This document shows positions 13,388 through 62,497 of a DNA stretch of 64,000 nt, piece after piece; position 1 is the stretch's first letter; each line of letters opens with the position of its first letter. Source of the DNA: Flaccisagitta enflata (lineage: Eukaryota). The position numbers and the translations under genes are program-made. A model generated the notes under the pieces. The model saw only the letters and a program-made list of their open reading frames with translations, was not told the DNA's origin and did no database searches. Location: contig OZ231126.1 in the NCBI GenBank assembly GCA_965153355.1, positions 29,512,001 through 29,576,000 on the forward strand. The letters run 5' to 3'.

Positions 13388-13897
13388 CAGTAGATGTCGT
13401 CTAGACTTGGAAATACGGGGGAGCTCATAACCTGAGCATCAGTACAGTGAGGGGACTGATATTTTGCTGGTGTAATGTATAGACCCTAAGGGGTTGACAA
13501 TGGGGTATGGCATCCCCCTACGGCTTACCTTGCAAAAAAAACTTTTTGTACAAAATATCAGGATCAATCAGTTTTTTTGGCAGAATTTCAGCTACCTCTA
13601 TTTGCTTTAATTACAAAACCAGCCTGGGATTCGAACCTGGAACCTTTTAAGAAATAAACTGATCAGAACAAACCTGGAGTCAAGTGAGTTAACCACTAGA
13701 CCAGTTCTAGCAACTGTTAAAGTTGAGTAAATTGGATTTATTATATTCAAAAGAATTTTCTTTCCACAGAGCTGCCATACCCCATCGTCAACTCTATAGG
13801 ACATAAGCATTATGCACACACAGTTTCATTTCATTAACACAAACGGTAGTTAGGATATGAGGGCCCCCGTATTTCCAAGTATAGACGACATCTACTG
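13388..13897. mobile_element. 510-bp TA-flanked MITE, copy 1
   Basis: TA|CAGTAGATGTCGTCTA...TAGACGACATCTACTG|TA plus a second internal IR pair. Confidence 0.9.
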
Positions 13898-14793
13898 TAG
13901 GTAAACAACTACTAATAAAAAGCTGGATGCGTCCTTTCGATCCTCATGCTTATCTAAATACGCGCTCATAAATGAAAAGGCTGAGGCAAAATTAGACCAA
14001 TAGTCAACGATTCAGTTTTAGGAAGGTTTTCGTATTGGGGGCCCCTTGAGGGTCCCTCGGAGGGTCTCTTTAATATGCCTTCTTGCCTCCAAGGGGATTA
14101 AGGGCCCCTAATGTTAATGCTGAACCTTTAAAAAACCTGTAACTGACTTTGGTGCAGCGGCGATATCGTGAAAATACTCAGATTCACCTATTTTTAGGTG
14201 CCAATGCACCTCTTCAACCGGTCGTGTTTGTTGGTCATGCCAGACTTCGACAATCCACCCGGCGCACCCATTGGCCTACTTGGACTTGTTATTGTTTAAG
14301 AAGTCCAAAGCTTAGTACAAGGCCAAGTAGGCCTATAAGGTGCGATGTGTGGATCGTCGAACGAATGCGTTACCCGACCGACCAACCAACGGACAGAGAC
14401 AGTTATAGAGGCGCATTGTCGCACCTAAAAAGAGAAAGAAACAAAAAAGAAAGACAGGAAAAACAAGCACGACCTGGCCTGCCAAAGGTGGGCCCTCTAG
14501 TCAAAGTGATTTACACTTTTGCGCTGAGTGGATTGTCTGAACCGACGGACGGACTAACTGAAATTAAGTAGAAATGCTTTGGCAGTGATATTAAGAGAGT
14601 CAATACTTCCTGTTATTAAAAATTGCTGTATATGTACCCTGTCAGCGCGAAAACATTGAAATGAATAAAAGTGATTGTAACTGCGACTTACAGACGGACG
14701 GACGTACAGACCCTTCATAGGAGGTAGAGAAAGCCAACGTAAATAGAATCGGAAAAAGAAAGTAATGAGAGAGAGTGAGAGAGAGAGAGAGAG

Positions 14794-14839
<46 letters not shown>

Positions 14840-14971
14840 ATAGTCTAAAATGGAATAATAACACAGTTTCGCAAATATCATATATCCGTCACAAACAAAA
14901 CAAAGAATCGAATGACAAAAATACATTCTAACATTTTTCGGAATGTCAAGTCTAGACACAAAGATGGAATA

Positions 14972-16001
14972 CTATCTAGCTCATAAATATACGGACATCT
15001 ACCCGTTTTCATAGCAGCTAAACTTCAATATCCAATAAGAAAATGAAAGCAGATCAACAAACTATACTCATAAATATACGGACATCTACCCGTATTCATA
15101 GCCAATAAAAAATGAGAGCAGATCAACAAACTATATATTTTCCAAGACGATACAGATCTTTTGTTTTTCGAGTTTTCCCGCTTAGGCGAAGCATAAATTC
15201 GAGTAGATTTGGGTTAAAATGTATAAAACCCAGCCCTCACCTAGCGCTGATACTAGCCCTAACCCTAACCCTAAAACCACCTCCAACCCCAACCTTAACC
15301 CTAACCCTACCCTTAACCCTTAATAAAAACACGCTTAGAAAGTCAGTAAAACAAAAGACCTCACCGAATTCGAAAACAGTACCAAAAAATCTTCTATTCA
15401 AGTCCAAGCAAACCTCAGTTACTCAACCTTTTTTAAATGACAGTTTTTTGAAGAAAAACTGTCATTATACCAACATCGAATTCAGAGGTTTCCAGTTGAA
15501 ATCATTAAATGACAACTCACATAAAAAGATGGATTGGCAAAAATCATTCTGCTTGACCTCATTAGATCACATTTTTACCATATATTTTAGATAATGAAAA
15601 ATTGAAGGCTGTAGGTAAACACATTACTTTAAAATCATCTCATAAAAAAAAAAAAACAATGATATTTTGTTGCTTACTAAGAAATTAAGGATACACTGAT
15701 TTGAGCCGCAAAATCATAGACCAATCTGTTACAGAAGTACTTGATGGATCAAAAATACCAATACCAAAAATACCAATTTGCTGCAAAACATTCAACACGG
15801 ATATTTCTACATTTACATCTAATGTAACTTTGTCTAAGTAGATTATAGAACTTGCTGTATGGTATGAACTGTTGCAATATGCTAACGAATAAAAGACATA
15901 TATATATAATTACTAAAAATAATTCATTGGGATATATATTTCATTCAATGAGTCAAATGCAAACTTTTATCCAGCTGTCCGTTTATTCATGAGCTAGATG
16001 G
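14972..16001. mobile_element. ~1-kb TA-flanked TIR element containing (CCCTAA)-like repeats
   Basis: TIR ctatctagctcataaatatacggaca / tgtccgtttattcatgagctagatgg; the same TIRs bound the short MITE at 25022-25250. Confidence 0.7.
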
Positions 16002-16295
16002 TACATTCCATAGGATGTGAGGGGCGCAATTCTCGAGAATTGAGTGAATACTAAATTTGCTGCAAAACATTCAACACGGATATAAGAAATTTTTGACACG
16101 GTATTAGCAAGAACACGTTTTGCGGTGAAAGCTAAGAAGCATATGGCGCGATGCTACGTTGTTTGTTTTTTTCATGGGGGGGGGGGGGGCCCCAGTTATG
16201 CGAAGGGACTGAGGATTGAATGAAAACCATAAGGTTCAAATTAAAATTTTGGTCAGATTCACAAGATCTCACTGGATCCGTCCCGTAAACATACT

Positions 16296-16740
16296 CAACA
16301 AGGCCGGATTCACGGGCCAAGACGGTGCGCCTGGCGTTATTAATTCTTAGACTTAACCCTAGCTCTATCAGACCTATCCTTAGCTCCATCTGAGCTATCC
16401 CTAGTTCTATAAGACCTATCCCTAGCTCTATTAGACCTATCTCAAGCTCTATCAGACCTATTCTCAGCTATATCAGATTTACCCCCAACCCTATCATACC
16501 TATCACCAGCTCTATCAGACCTATCCCCAGCTCTATCAGACCTATCCTCAGCTCTATCAGACCTAACCATAGCTAATTATTTTAGTGAATGAAATGACCA
16601 GAAACAAAAATTATGAACAAAAAGAGTTTTCAATTGATTTCAAGCATTTTCAACGATTTTTCATTCGAGCGTGTCCGACCAACGGACGGACGGACGGAGG
16701 GACAGAGCCTCTTATAGAGGTGCTATGGCGCACCTAAAAA
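16296..16740 (-). mobile_element. HINE-like element with an internal 21-bp tandem array
   Basis: aacaaggccggat ... (ctatcagacctatccccagct)n at 16360-16575 ... (ggac)n ... aggtgctatggcgcacctaaaaa. Confidence 0.7.
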
Positions 16741-17173
16741 GGAACAAGGTCATATATTGTAAATAGTATGGTGTATAAAAAAAAACTGTATATTGTATTT
16801 CAGCATTTACATATTTGGAAAACAGTTTTAAACGAGATTGATGCTGATCCCACCATTTTTGCGTAACTAAATCCGGCAAATTCGCTGACAAACATGTCTT
16901 TTGTTTGTGGTTGCGGTCCTTTAATTCCAATCAATTATATCAATGATCTCAGCGTTGAGAGTATACATTTGCATTTGGTAATTGGCAGTAAGCAGGAAGG
17001 AGTAACGAATTTTCTCTGCTTTATCTTCCGCTGTGTCCATTTTTAGGTGCGACAAAGCACCTCTATAACTGGCTGTGTCTGTTGGTTGTTCGGTCTGTTG
17101 GTCTGTCGGGTAACGCATTCGTTCGACGATCCACACGTCGCACCTTACTGGCCTACTTGGCCTTGTTTATGAG

Positions 17174-17870
17174 CAGGCCTTTTTTTAGTGATTTTTTTGG
17201 CAGAGCCAACCGGGCTCTCTCCTCACAATTCTACAGAGCCCGACGGCAAAACAGCGAGCCCGCCAATAGAACAATACTGGATGGAAGGCTACCTTTATTG
17301 TGTTTGGGCGGGCAGGGGTAGTGAGAAAATTTGCTACAAAACATTTGGGCAGGAGAAGTGACAATGAAATCACTTATAAATGCAGAAAAAAAGTGTCACT
17401 GACCAATAGAGCAACAGAAGGACTAATGAATGAACGGACCAACGGATGGACAGACCAACAGACTTTCCAACATAGTAGGTTATAGAGAAGCGTGCAAATG
17501 ACTTGAAAAACTGAACATTTTGCCCCATTTCTTAAAAATCTATCAGCCTCATGACACTGTCATCTTTCAATGGTAATCTTACATCTCTCTCATGATAGAA
17601 ATAAATCAGACTTAAAGAAAGCAAAAATCATCACATGAAAAAATGAGATGCTTTATTTGTTGATAAATTTACATTCGACGAGATGACTATGGTAGTCTCT
17701 CTTAACTTGTGTTTTCTTCTTATGATTTTACAAGAGTCTCTCAATCCATTTGAGTTCAAAACATGGTTTCAATTTGGAGAGAGCAAGCCGGGCTCAGAGC
17801 CAGCAAAACCAGAGAGCCCGGCAGCAAAATAGAGCCAATGGCTCGCGGGCTCGCTCTAAAAAAAGGCCTG
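17174..17870. mobile_element. Non-autonomous hAT-type element
   Basis: TIR CAGGCC(T)8AG / CT(A)7GGCCTG with 8-bp TSD tttatgag (17166-17173, 17871-17878). Confidence 0.85.
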
Positions 17871-19954
17871 TTTATGAGGTCTACTGTCAGTTTAAGTTGT
17901 GTATGTGTTATTTATTATTTATAGTGCTTGCTTCCTTAAATTTGTGCATTGCAATTGCCCCTTTGCACTTCACTACAGATGTGGCTACCGAGAACAAATC
18001 CAATGATTTTTTTTCCGTTATCTTCCTGAGCTTCAACTTCAAATGACGTTTTGATTTCAATCATGTCATGTGTAGTAGATACATGTATATACAATATAAC
18101 TACAAAATTAAAGCACATAGGAAGTGAATCATAATAACTACCAAGCCTGTGAGTTTCATTAAACTGAATGTCGATGTTGTTATTTTTTGTGGTTGAGCCT
18201 TTGTTGTCATAAATGTTGTCATCATTGGGCAGCGGCCGATATCCAGAAGGACACAGGGCTGAATTTCTATACGTCCGTCCGTCCGTCCGTACGCACGTCC
18301 GTTTGTTCGTCCCCCCACTGACCATGTGCGATCCTTGGATAATTTGTTTTTAGATGAGTCCGTCAGAAACGCATCTCTATAAGAGGTTCTGTCTGTCCGT
18401 CCGTCCGTCCGTCCGTCCGTCCGTTACTCCTGTGCAAAAAAACACGTTTCTCGGCTGTTTTTGGCCGCGGTGAGATCGTGTACAGAAACAAATGATCAAT
18501 CAACATGTTTTTAGAGCCTCATTTACTACTTAGTCAATTCGGTTACGTAGTTTGTCCATCAGTCTCTACATATACGTCACATGATCAATTCACGCTAAGA
18601 CACAGTCCGGACGCATCGTTGCCCGGTTGGGCTTGTTGTTTTGTTGTCGATTTGGAAACCGCGGCCCAGGCTAGAATAAAGGCCCAAGAAATGATAGCCA
18701 GGGGAACGGTCTTAAATAGGGGTCCAACTTATTCCAAGCCTTATGCACGTGAATAAATAAACAGTGATTACTGTTAGACGCCTTGATGGGCGGTGTAACC
18801 CTCCGAAGCAATTCGCTGATACAACGCGTGCATTAAGGCATACGGGCATAAGGATATTACTAGTGTAACTGTATAAATAGTATAGACTTGGACTCGAAAA
18901 TTTTTCTAGGTCAGTCAGTGTCTCAATTTTTTGCTTGGACCTGCTCAGCGCTTTCAATATTGCACGTTTCAAATTTCAAGGTTATGGCTCAATTACTTAA
19001 TAAGTTATGAGCACTTGTTTGAACCATATCAAACTGAAAAAAATTCCAGGAGAATCTTTAAACTTTCTTTTAAAATATGACGGCGAGCATCAGACGGCAA
19101 GATTTAGCGTGTCAGCAGGGGGCAAAATAGAAAATTTTATGACAATAAAAATAGAAAATAACATAAAAAGAATTATTTCAGTATATCATAGTAAATATTT
19201 TATTGCAAAATTGGCATTCAAATAGGACATAGAAGTAGGTAAAGCCACCATTAAGTAGATATTATCACTTGAAAATATTCAAAATTTGATATTTGTTCAC
19301 TGATAGGAGGCTTGTTAAAATTATAACTTTGCATAGAAAATGAAAAAACACAAAAATGAAGCCTTCCAATGTTGATAACAGAGGCGGCTATGTTTTTGAA
19401 AATGCAAAATTTTTCTGCATTTGACAGTCTTATAATTTTAACAGTAGTAATGAGATAAAAAATGTAAGCAACATTTAACTAAAAATCCTTATTTTCTTTG
19501 CTTTTCTCTTGTGAATTGCTGATTAGAAGGTCTTTTTTAGGTCAGCATCCGAAAAAGACATACACACAGAGTATTTCTGGAGACAATTTATCTTATGAAA
19601 ATATCTGTTACATAATGATTATTCAACTACAGTTGAAAAAATGGGGTGAAACACTAAATTGTGACATCAAATGCTCGCCGTCATATAGCCAACAGTGAAT
19701 TTTAACAGAGTCCAAGTTTTTTTTCATTTAAATAAGCAGATTAGTTTATGCTAGAGCTCATGCCATTACTATCTTCTGACCAGCCGCATTTAAAAGAGAA
19801 ATTGGAAAATAAACAAGGACTCAGATTCCGGATCTAGGGTCAATCTCTAAACTAGTAGGGCGTTGGTTCCTTGTAGGATCGCAGCCGTTTTATAATTTTG
19901 AACACCAGCCGATGATGTGATCATGACGTTGGAACAATCTATCATTGCGTCCTT

Positions 19955-20108
<154 letters not shown>

Positions 20109-21773
20109 ACGGTGTCAAGTTCAATTTCTATGATCTGCGAAGAACTGATAAATGAGCGAATGACAAAACTGATATCATTTACTCCGGCACAAGGAGGCGG
20201 AAAAAAGGGAACGTCGACAAGAGACCATGTCTTCCTATTAAGAGGGGCGATTACTCATGCACTAAAATATCGCAAACAGATTTTTATCACATTTTATGAT
20301 GTGTCCAAGGCTTATGATAGGGCCAACGTTGAAGATATGTTGGTTACAGCTTGGGAGCATGGTGTCAAGGGAAAACTATGGAGATTGATGAAAAGTCTCA
20401 ATACTAATCTGACAGCAAAAATCAAATTGAGGCATGGACTGACACGAGAAATCCAACGCAGTGCCGGGGGAAAACAAGGAGGAAAAAATTTTGGTTTTCT
20501 CTTTGCAAAAATGATGGACGTGTTGGCAGAAGAAGCTGCAGAAGACGATGGGAGAACTGTTGAATTTGGAGAATTGGATATGTCGGTACTGGAGTGGGTG
20601 GATGATGTGATAACCTTTGCCATTGGAGAAGAACAACAAGAGTATACTTTAAGTAAAGTTAATGAATTTGCAGTAAAACATCAACTAAAATGGGGGAAAG
20701 AGAAATGTAATGTAATGGAAGTCGGAAATAACAAATACAAAGCCAGAAAATGGTTATTAGGAGAAGAAAGAATAGATTCCTGCGAAACTTATAAATATCT
20801 TGGAGACATTATCATGAAAAATGGGGGAAACAAGAAGAACATAGAAGATAGAGAAAATAAAGTAATGGCCTCAACAAGAAAAATCCTGGCATCATGCGGA
20901 AATGAGGTATTCAAGAAAATACATTTGAAATCCCTCTTAAAAATGCATAATGCTTGCACTGTGGCTGGTATGCTCACGAATTGTGAGACATGGGTTTTGA
21001 ACAAAGGGGAGCGAGAAAAGTTAGAAAGAATAGAATTATGGGCCTTGAAGAAAATTCTTGATGTACCAAAAACAACCCCAACCCCGGCGATTTGGTACAT
21101 AACGGGTACGCTAACCACGTCTATACTCATCGATAAGAGACAATTGTTATACCTTAAAACAATACTAGACCGCGCTGAAGGAGACTGGACGAAATCAATG
21201 TTGAACTGTCTGCGGGAAGACGATATAGGATGGGCGAGCCAAATAGAGAAAAAGCTGGAAGAATATGAACTAAATTACTCATGGGATCAAATCAAGGAAA
21301 TGAAACTCACTGCGTGGAAAAAACTAGTCACCGCGACGACGGAAAAGAAAAACAAAGAGAAATTAATAGAAATGTGTTTCGATGCAAAGGGTGAAAAAAG
21401 GAAGACAAAGTTTCTCTTGGAAACACTAAAAGAGGAAAGTTATGTAAGAGCCCCGCGGATGGATATATTATGTAAGAGTAGATTAAGATCGAGAATTCAA
21501 CTGATGTCAATGTTTGGGATGCTTGATTGTGCAAAAAACTATAAAAATGGTTATAAGGACGACTTATGTAGTGTGTGTCATACCATTGATGATGAAAACC
21601 ATCGCATTAATTCGTGTACGAAATTCAGTGATATTAACCTTTGCAATTCACTAGTCAAATTTGATTTTTGTTGTATCTATTCACGGGATCAAGATGCGGT
21701 TGATAGGGCCATTGAAGTTGTTGGCACATTATGGAATTTGTGTAATGGCAAAAATGAGATGCGCTTAACTTAA
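20109..21773 (+). CDS. Reverse transcriptase with C-terminal CCHC knuckle (partial ORF2)
   Basis: QGGGKKG-STRDH, FYDVSKAYD, GGKQGG, WVDD, YKYLG, CSVC...H...C. The SL-repeat N-terminus of the 618-aa ORF call is translated microsatellite. Confidence 0.9.
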   Translation, partial: TVSSSISMICEELINERMTKLISFTPAQGGGKKGTSTRDHVFLLRGAITHALKYRKQIFITFYDVSKAYDRANVEDMLVTAWEHGVKGKLWRLMKSLNTNLTAKIKLRHGLTREIQRSAGGKQGGKNFGFLFAKMMDVLAEEAAEDDGRTVEFGELDMSVLEWVDDVITFAIGEEQQEYTLSKVNEFAVKHQLKWGKEKCNVMEVGNNKYKARKWLLGEERIDSCETYKYLGDIIMKNGGNKKNIEDRENKVMASTRKILASCGNEVFKKIHLKSLLKMHNACTVAGMLTNCETWVLNKGEREKLERIELWALKKILDVPKTTPTPAIWYITGTLTTSILIDKRQLLYLKTILDRAEGDWTKSMLNCLREDDIGWASQIEKKLEEYELNYSWDQIKEMKLTAWKKLVTATTEKKNKEKLIEMCFDAKGEKRKTKFLLETLKEESYVRAPRMDILCKSRLRSRIQLMSMFGMLDCAKNYKNGYKDDLCSVCHTIDDENHRINSCTKFSDINLCNSLVKFDFCCIYSRDQDAVDRAIEVVGTLWNLCNGKNEMRLT

Positions 21774-21880
21774 ACATGACGATCATCTGTAGTTTGTAGA
21801 TAATTCTGTCTTTGTACGGTTACTTCAGTAGCATGTACTATTATGTTATCATAATTAGACACGATTTCAAATAAAAAAAT

Positions 21881-21885
<5 letters not shown>
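20109..21885 (+). mobile_element. 5'-truncated non-LTR retrotransposon (RTE/RTE-X-like), flanked by (CT)n on both sides
   Basis: Uninterrupted RT frame, short 3' UTR ending aataaaaaaatcaaat; (CT)n at ~19958-20108 and ~21885-21954. Confidence 0.85.
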
Positions 21886-21967
<82 letters not shown>

Positions 21968-22370
21968 TTTACACACACGCACGAACACAGACACACACAC
22001 AGACACGCGCAAGCACAGACAGACAATGACACACCGAGCCCCCCCCATACACTAACACACACACACGATCAAATTCATCTTTTTAATTCATACCACTTGT
22101 TCTTCCCCCCCTTCCTTCCTCCTCCTCCTCCTCCCCTCCTCCTCCTCCTGATTCCGCGTTTCCACCTGAGCCGAGTTTTCCGAAACTTAGGCGTGGCTCA
22201 GAAGTAAGCACGCGGAAGTAAGCGGAAGTGAACAGATCGAAGTAATATCCGTCTCTGTGTATCTATCTGTCTGTCTGTCTGCCTGTATGTCTGATTGTCT
22301 GTCTGTCTGTCTGTCTGATTACCTGTCAATCTTGCATATGTCTCTGTGTATTCTGTTTCTTGTTCTGTTT

Positions 22371-22464
<94 letters not shown>

Positions 22465-22600
22465 GAAGATCGCCCTTTCTGAACATGGCTTTTGAAAAAT
22501 GTTACGTAAAAGCTTTCGGCAAAGTTTCGCGTGGATTCCATCCATTGCGCGCCGCCTCTTGTGCTCGCGCACTTCGTGACCTCTTATATTCGTCACATTA

Positions 22601-23027
22601 CACTTTTTTTCATATAAGAGACAGCTTTTTTGAACTCAGCCTGGGTGTTCTTAAATGTTTGGCTGTTTTCAGCTTGAAATTCTCTTAAAGAGTTCTTAAA
22701 TTTGATCGATGTTTATAGTTACATAAATTGTATAAAAATACCTTATTTTGAGTTGTATCTTAAACTTGATAATCATGTTTCTTTTAATAAAATGCCTGAT
22801 TTTATAGGCAAACTAAGAAAATAAATTATTTTTAAAGATAAACAACTTATATTTGTGAAAAATTTGAATTAAATTCCCTTTTTAAATCAGAAACTAAAAA
22901 AAATCGTTTTCGTAAATGGCCGAAACTGAATCTCAGCCTGGGCATTCTCTTATTTTGTTCTTAAAATTTTGGCAAATGTCAGGCTCATGTCTCTTATAAA
23001 CTGGTCTCTTATAAAAAAAAAAAAGTG
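22601..23027. mobile_element. TA-flanked MITE
   Basis: TA|cacttttttt..tataagagac ... gtctcttata(a)ngtg|TA; related sequence at ~46430-46800. Confidence 0.65.
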
Positions 23028-23029
23028 TA

Positions 23030-23546
23030 CAGTAGATGTCGTCTAGACTTGGAAATACGGGGGAGCTCATAACCCGAGCATCAGTATAGTGAGGGGACTG
23101 ATATTTTGCTGATATAATGTATAGACCCTAAGGCCATAAGGGGTTGACGATGGGGTATGGCATCCCCCTACGGCTTACCCTAGGAAAAAAACTTTAAGTA
23201 TAAAATCTAAGGATCAATCACTTTTTTTGCAGAATTTCAGCTTCATCCATTTGCTTTAAGTGCAAAACCAGTCTGGGATTTGAACCTGGAAACTTTGTCT
23301 AAATAAACTGATCAAGATAAATCTGAAGTCAAGTGAGCTAACCTCTAGACCATATCCAGACGCTGATTTGTACAAGCAAATTTGATTTAGTATATTCAAA
23401 AGAATTTTCTATTAACAGAGCTGCCATACCCCATTGTCAACCCTATAGGACATAAGCATTACACACTCACAGTTTCATTATATTTGCTCAAATGGTAATT
23501 ACGATATGAGGGCCCCCGTACTTCCAAGTATAGACGACATCTACTG
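23030..23546. mobile_element. TA-flanked MITE, copy 2 of 13388-13897
   Basis: Same TIRs and interior; shares the TA at 23028-23029 with the preceding MITE. Confidence 0.9.
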
Positions 23547-23976
23547 TACATGTGTTTGCACTAAGTTATGCGTGCGTTGCGTCTATGCGTCTATGCGTGT
23601 ATGCGTGTATGCGTGTGCATTTCATTTGCACATGCGCGCGCAGTGATTTGCCGGCTTCGCGTTGCCGCGTGCGCGTGCGCCAGATCGCGATAAGTCATGC
23701 TGGCCTAGTTTTTCCACTTCTAGTCAGATTGGAGAGATTTTAATCAAGGAATTACAAACAATATTTCTCCGGTTTCCAATTTTTCTTTTTGTTTCCTATA
23801 CTACAAACAAGAAACAAAGTAAATGAATGTTATGTATGAATCAGCCGTCGTCATGGAATCGTAGAAGATGACAAATTGACAATGGAAAATTGACTCAAAA
23901 CCACAGAATTGCATTTTGTCGGAGTGTTAGAAAGTGGGTGTTTGTGTGGTTTCTTCCCTCGTTTTTTTTCTTAGAT

Positions 23977-59101
<35,125 letters not shown>

Positions 59102-59251
59102 CAAAGAAAATTGAAAATTAAGATTGCTTATCGAAGAGCGACCTACAATTTTGGGTCTTTAATGTCAGCCCTAATTGAAATATAGGACATTCGCTGCTAA
59201 AAACTCGTTTTCCCCCTCAGACTTTCGTGAAGGAATTTAGAGAAGAAATTT

Positions 59252-59327
<76 letters not shown>

Positions 59328-59415
59328 TCATTAAATCATTCATTCATTCTTACATTCATTCATTCATCCTTTCTTTCTTTCTTTCTTTCTTTGTTTCTTT
59401 CTATCATTCATTCAT

Positions 59416-59470
<55 letters not shown>

Positions 59471-59603
59471 ATCATTTATTCATTCTTTCTTTCTTTCTTT
59501 CTTTCTTCTCTTTCTTTTTCTTTCTTTCTTTCTTTCTTTCTGTCTTTCATTCATTCATTCATTCATTCATTCATTCATTCATTCATTCTTTCTTTCATTT
59601 TCA

Positions 59604-59670
<67 letters not shown>

Positions 59671-60233
59671 TCATTCTATTTTTCTTTCTTCCTTTTATTC
59701 ATTTTTTCTTTCTTTCTTTCTCTATCTCTTTCTTTCGCTGTTACTTAAGAGGGGGTTTGATACATTTTGGATCATCTTGTAATCATGAAAAATTGTGTTG
59801 TACTTATCAGGTTACCGTCCCTGAAGAAGAGCGTCATTGCTCGAAAAATAGGGAAGAAAATGAATGTATCTCTTTCTTTCTTTCTCTCTTTCTATCTGCC
59901 TTTCTCTCTTTTCATCCCCCACTTTCTTTTTAACTTCTCTGTTGCTTTTTTTAGAGTCTGCGTTGGTGTGTACGTGTGTGCCTGCGTGATTGTGACTCTG
60001 TCTCGTCGCCGGTCTGTATGTCTATCTGTCTGTCTCTGTCTCTCTGTCTCTCTGTCTCCCTGTCTCTTTGTCTCTGTCTCTGTCTCCCTGTCTCTTTGTC
60101 TCTGTCTCTGTCTCTCTGTCTGTCTCTCTGTCTCTCTTACACAGTATGCAATATATAAATATATATATAATATACTAACCTACACTTTGTCTGTCTCTCT
60201 GTCTCTCTCTCTCTGTCTCTCTCTCTCTGTCTC

Positions 60234-60333
<100 letters not shown>

Positions 60334-60347
60334 TCTCTCTCTTCAAC

Positions 60348-61607
60348 CTGATCTCCGACTTTCAATTTGGCTTCATCGCCTTCATCCGTTCCTCCAGCGG
60401 ACGCGGATGCGGATGCGGAAGATGACCCCGCCGCCGCTGCCGCCGCCGCCGCTGATGACACGGCTTCCGCGGCGGGGCTTCCGGTCAGAATTTCCTTGAC
60501 GAAGATGCCGATGAGATTGCCGCCGGCGACTTTGATGCCGACGTTTTCTCCCGGCGCCGATCTTTTGTCGATCGTCAACCAACGAGATTTGCCGACGGCC
60601 GCCGACGTCAAACCGCTCGATGACACCGGCGATGAAGACGAGGATTTCGACGTCACCGGAAATGAGGTTGCATCTCCTCCTCCTCCTCCTGCGCTCGCAG
60701 ATGTGACGCCGGAAGTACCGTGGGCAGGGCGTACCGGCGATCCTTGATTTTGATGACGGAGAGACGACGTCGGTGAAGTTGGGGATGAAACGCTTTTTTC
60801 ACTGTCTTCTGTGGTTTTTTTTTGATAGAGGATGAATAGGAGAGGGATAGAATTTGTTAGATTCTTCTATTTAGTTTCTTCCTTTCTTCTATCTTTGTAC
60901 AATTTATATAATTCATTTGATATAATTCTCCTAAGGCTCTTGTCCTTATTTTAGTTTGGTTTGGTAGTAATGTTGTCCATTTCACATATGATCTAGTACT
61001 TTGGTTTAGAATGCCGGCGGTCCCAATTGGTTGACTCTCGATTCTAGCCTCTATAGTATGTTTTTTTTACAACATTGCCTTTGATAACTCATTTGTCTTT
61101 TGATAACTAACTTATTCTTTGGTAATATGTTTGTCTTACAATTGGGATATGAGTACTATGAACCTCAGAATTAGGAGTTGACTCGGAGTCACTTGGTGGA
61201 ATGTATTCAATTAGTGAGAAAGATCTTAATCTAAGGTCGTGGGTGTTATGAGCTTTTTACAATGGGAAGATAGGTGTGAGGAATCTGGGGCACAGTTCAA
61301 CACACTTATCTGGTACTCTTTCTTGTCACTGGCACATGGCACAAATAGCTGACAATTGAGGATTTTTCTTTCAGTTGATATGTTTCTATTGAGCAGATCT
61401 TTGTTAAAGTTCGAAGTGGATTTTTGCTAATTAAAAGGATAGTTGTGAAGGGAAGCGATTAAACACCAGTTAGAGCTTCTATGGCTCTTGTCCTTATTTT
61501 AGTTTGGTTTGGTAGTAATGTTTTCCATTTCACATATAATTCATATAATACATAATTACATACTGTCTGATATTTTGACTATCTGTGTCTGTCCGTCTGT
61601 CTGTCTG

Positions 61608-61682
<75 letters not shown>

Positions 61683-61717
61683 AATGAGAACAACTTTTTC
61701 CCAAATTTTCGACAGCC

Positions 61718-61749
<32 letters not shown>

Positions 61750-62497
61750 CAAACCTTTGATAGCAGCATATCCTTTGGGGTTGTACTGTACTCTGATATT
61801 GACAGCAACGTCATCCCCGACTCGTCGTAAAACACTCGCTGCCAGTTGGTAAGACGCGCTTCGCATGTTGATCGAGCATACCTGACAATAACAAATGTAC
61901 AACAAATTTCAAAGGCATTTAGTGATAAAACAAGGCCAACACCTCTAAGTCGCGTGCGAGACATAATGACTTAGAATAACTTGGTACACTCTTAGTAAAT
62001 GACTTCAGGAAATAAAATAGATAAAAAAACAACAGATCAACGGACGGACGGACAAAGCGGGTGTAGAGTCGCGTGCACGCGACTAAAAAATCTACCAAAT
62101 CTACCAAATCTCTAAAGAAGTGGGAAACAGTTTCCATACTGGTAAGTGGTAACCATGTGTTAACCTTGTGTTTAAATAAATCAGTATATCTGAAAAATGA
62201 CTATCTCCAGCAACGATGCCCCCCAACGCTACAGCAGCAACAGAAACAATAACAACAACAATAAAAACAACAACAACGTCAACAACAACAACAATAACAA
62301 TAACAACAACAACAACAACAACAGCAACAGCAACAGCAGCAGCAACAGCAACAGCAGCAGCGGCAGCAGCTGCAACAGCAACGGCAACAGCAACAGCAAC
62401 AACAACTAGAAATGACTCACCTCAAGGAGTTGATCTCCGACGACGATGCCCGCCAACGCAGCATTGGATTTTTCCTCAACAGATGCCACGAAAACAC
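60348..62497 (-). CDS. dlg5: Disks large homolog 5 (MAGUK), PDZ3-PDZ4 exons 62497-62421, 61881-61755, 60808-60348
   Basis: Phase-consistent splice chain: GVFVASVEEKSNAALAGIVVGDQLLE|VCSINMRSASYQLAASVLRRVGDDVAVNIRVQYNP...|...VGIKVAGGNLIGIFVKEILTGSPAA...LKVGDQ. GDQLLE-INxRSA-QYNP followed by GGNLxGxFV is the DLG5 pattern. Confidence 0.8.
61928..62088 (-). mobile_element. Short (160-bp) member of the HINE family seen expanded at 39886-41700
   Basis: Same termini: aacaaggccaacacct.taagtcgcgtgc ... gagtcgcgtgcacgcgactaaaaaa. Confidence 0.75.

Noticed and set aside
18645-18760. Possible terminal exon (…ARIKAQEMIARGTVLNRGPTYSKPYARE*) followed by AATAAA
   Set aside because: No acceptor or upstream exon found and no family recognised.
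22200-22232. Tandem CGGAAGT (ETS-like) motifs, and GCGC-rich NRF1-like motifs at 23630-23685, as the promoter of the long gene
   Set aside because: Short motifs without TSS evidence; plausible but not supportable.
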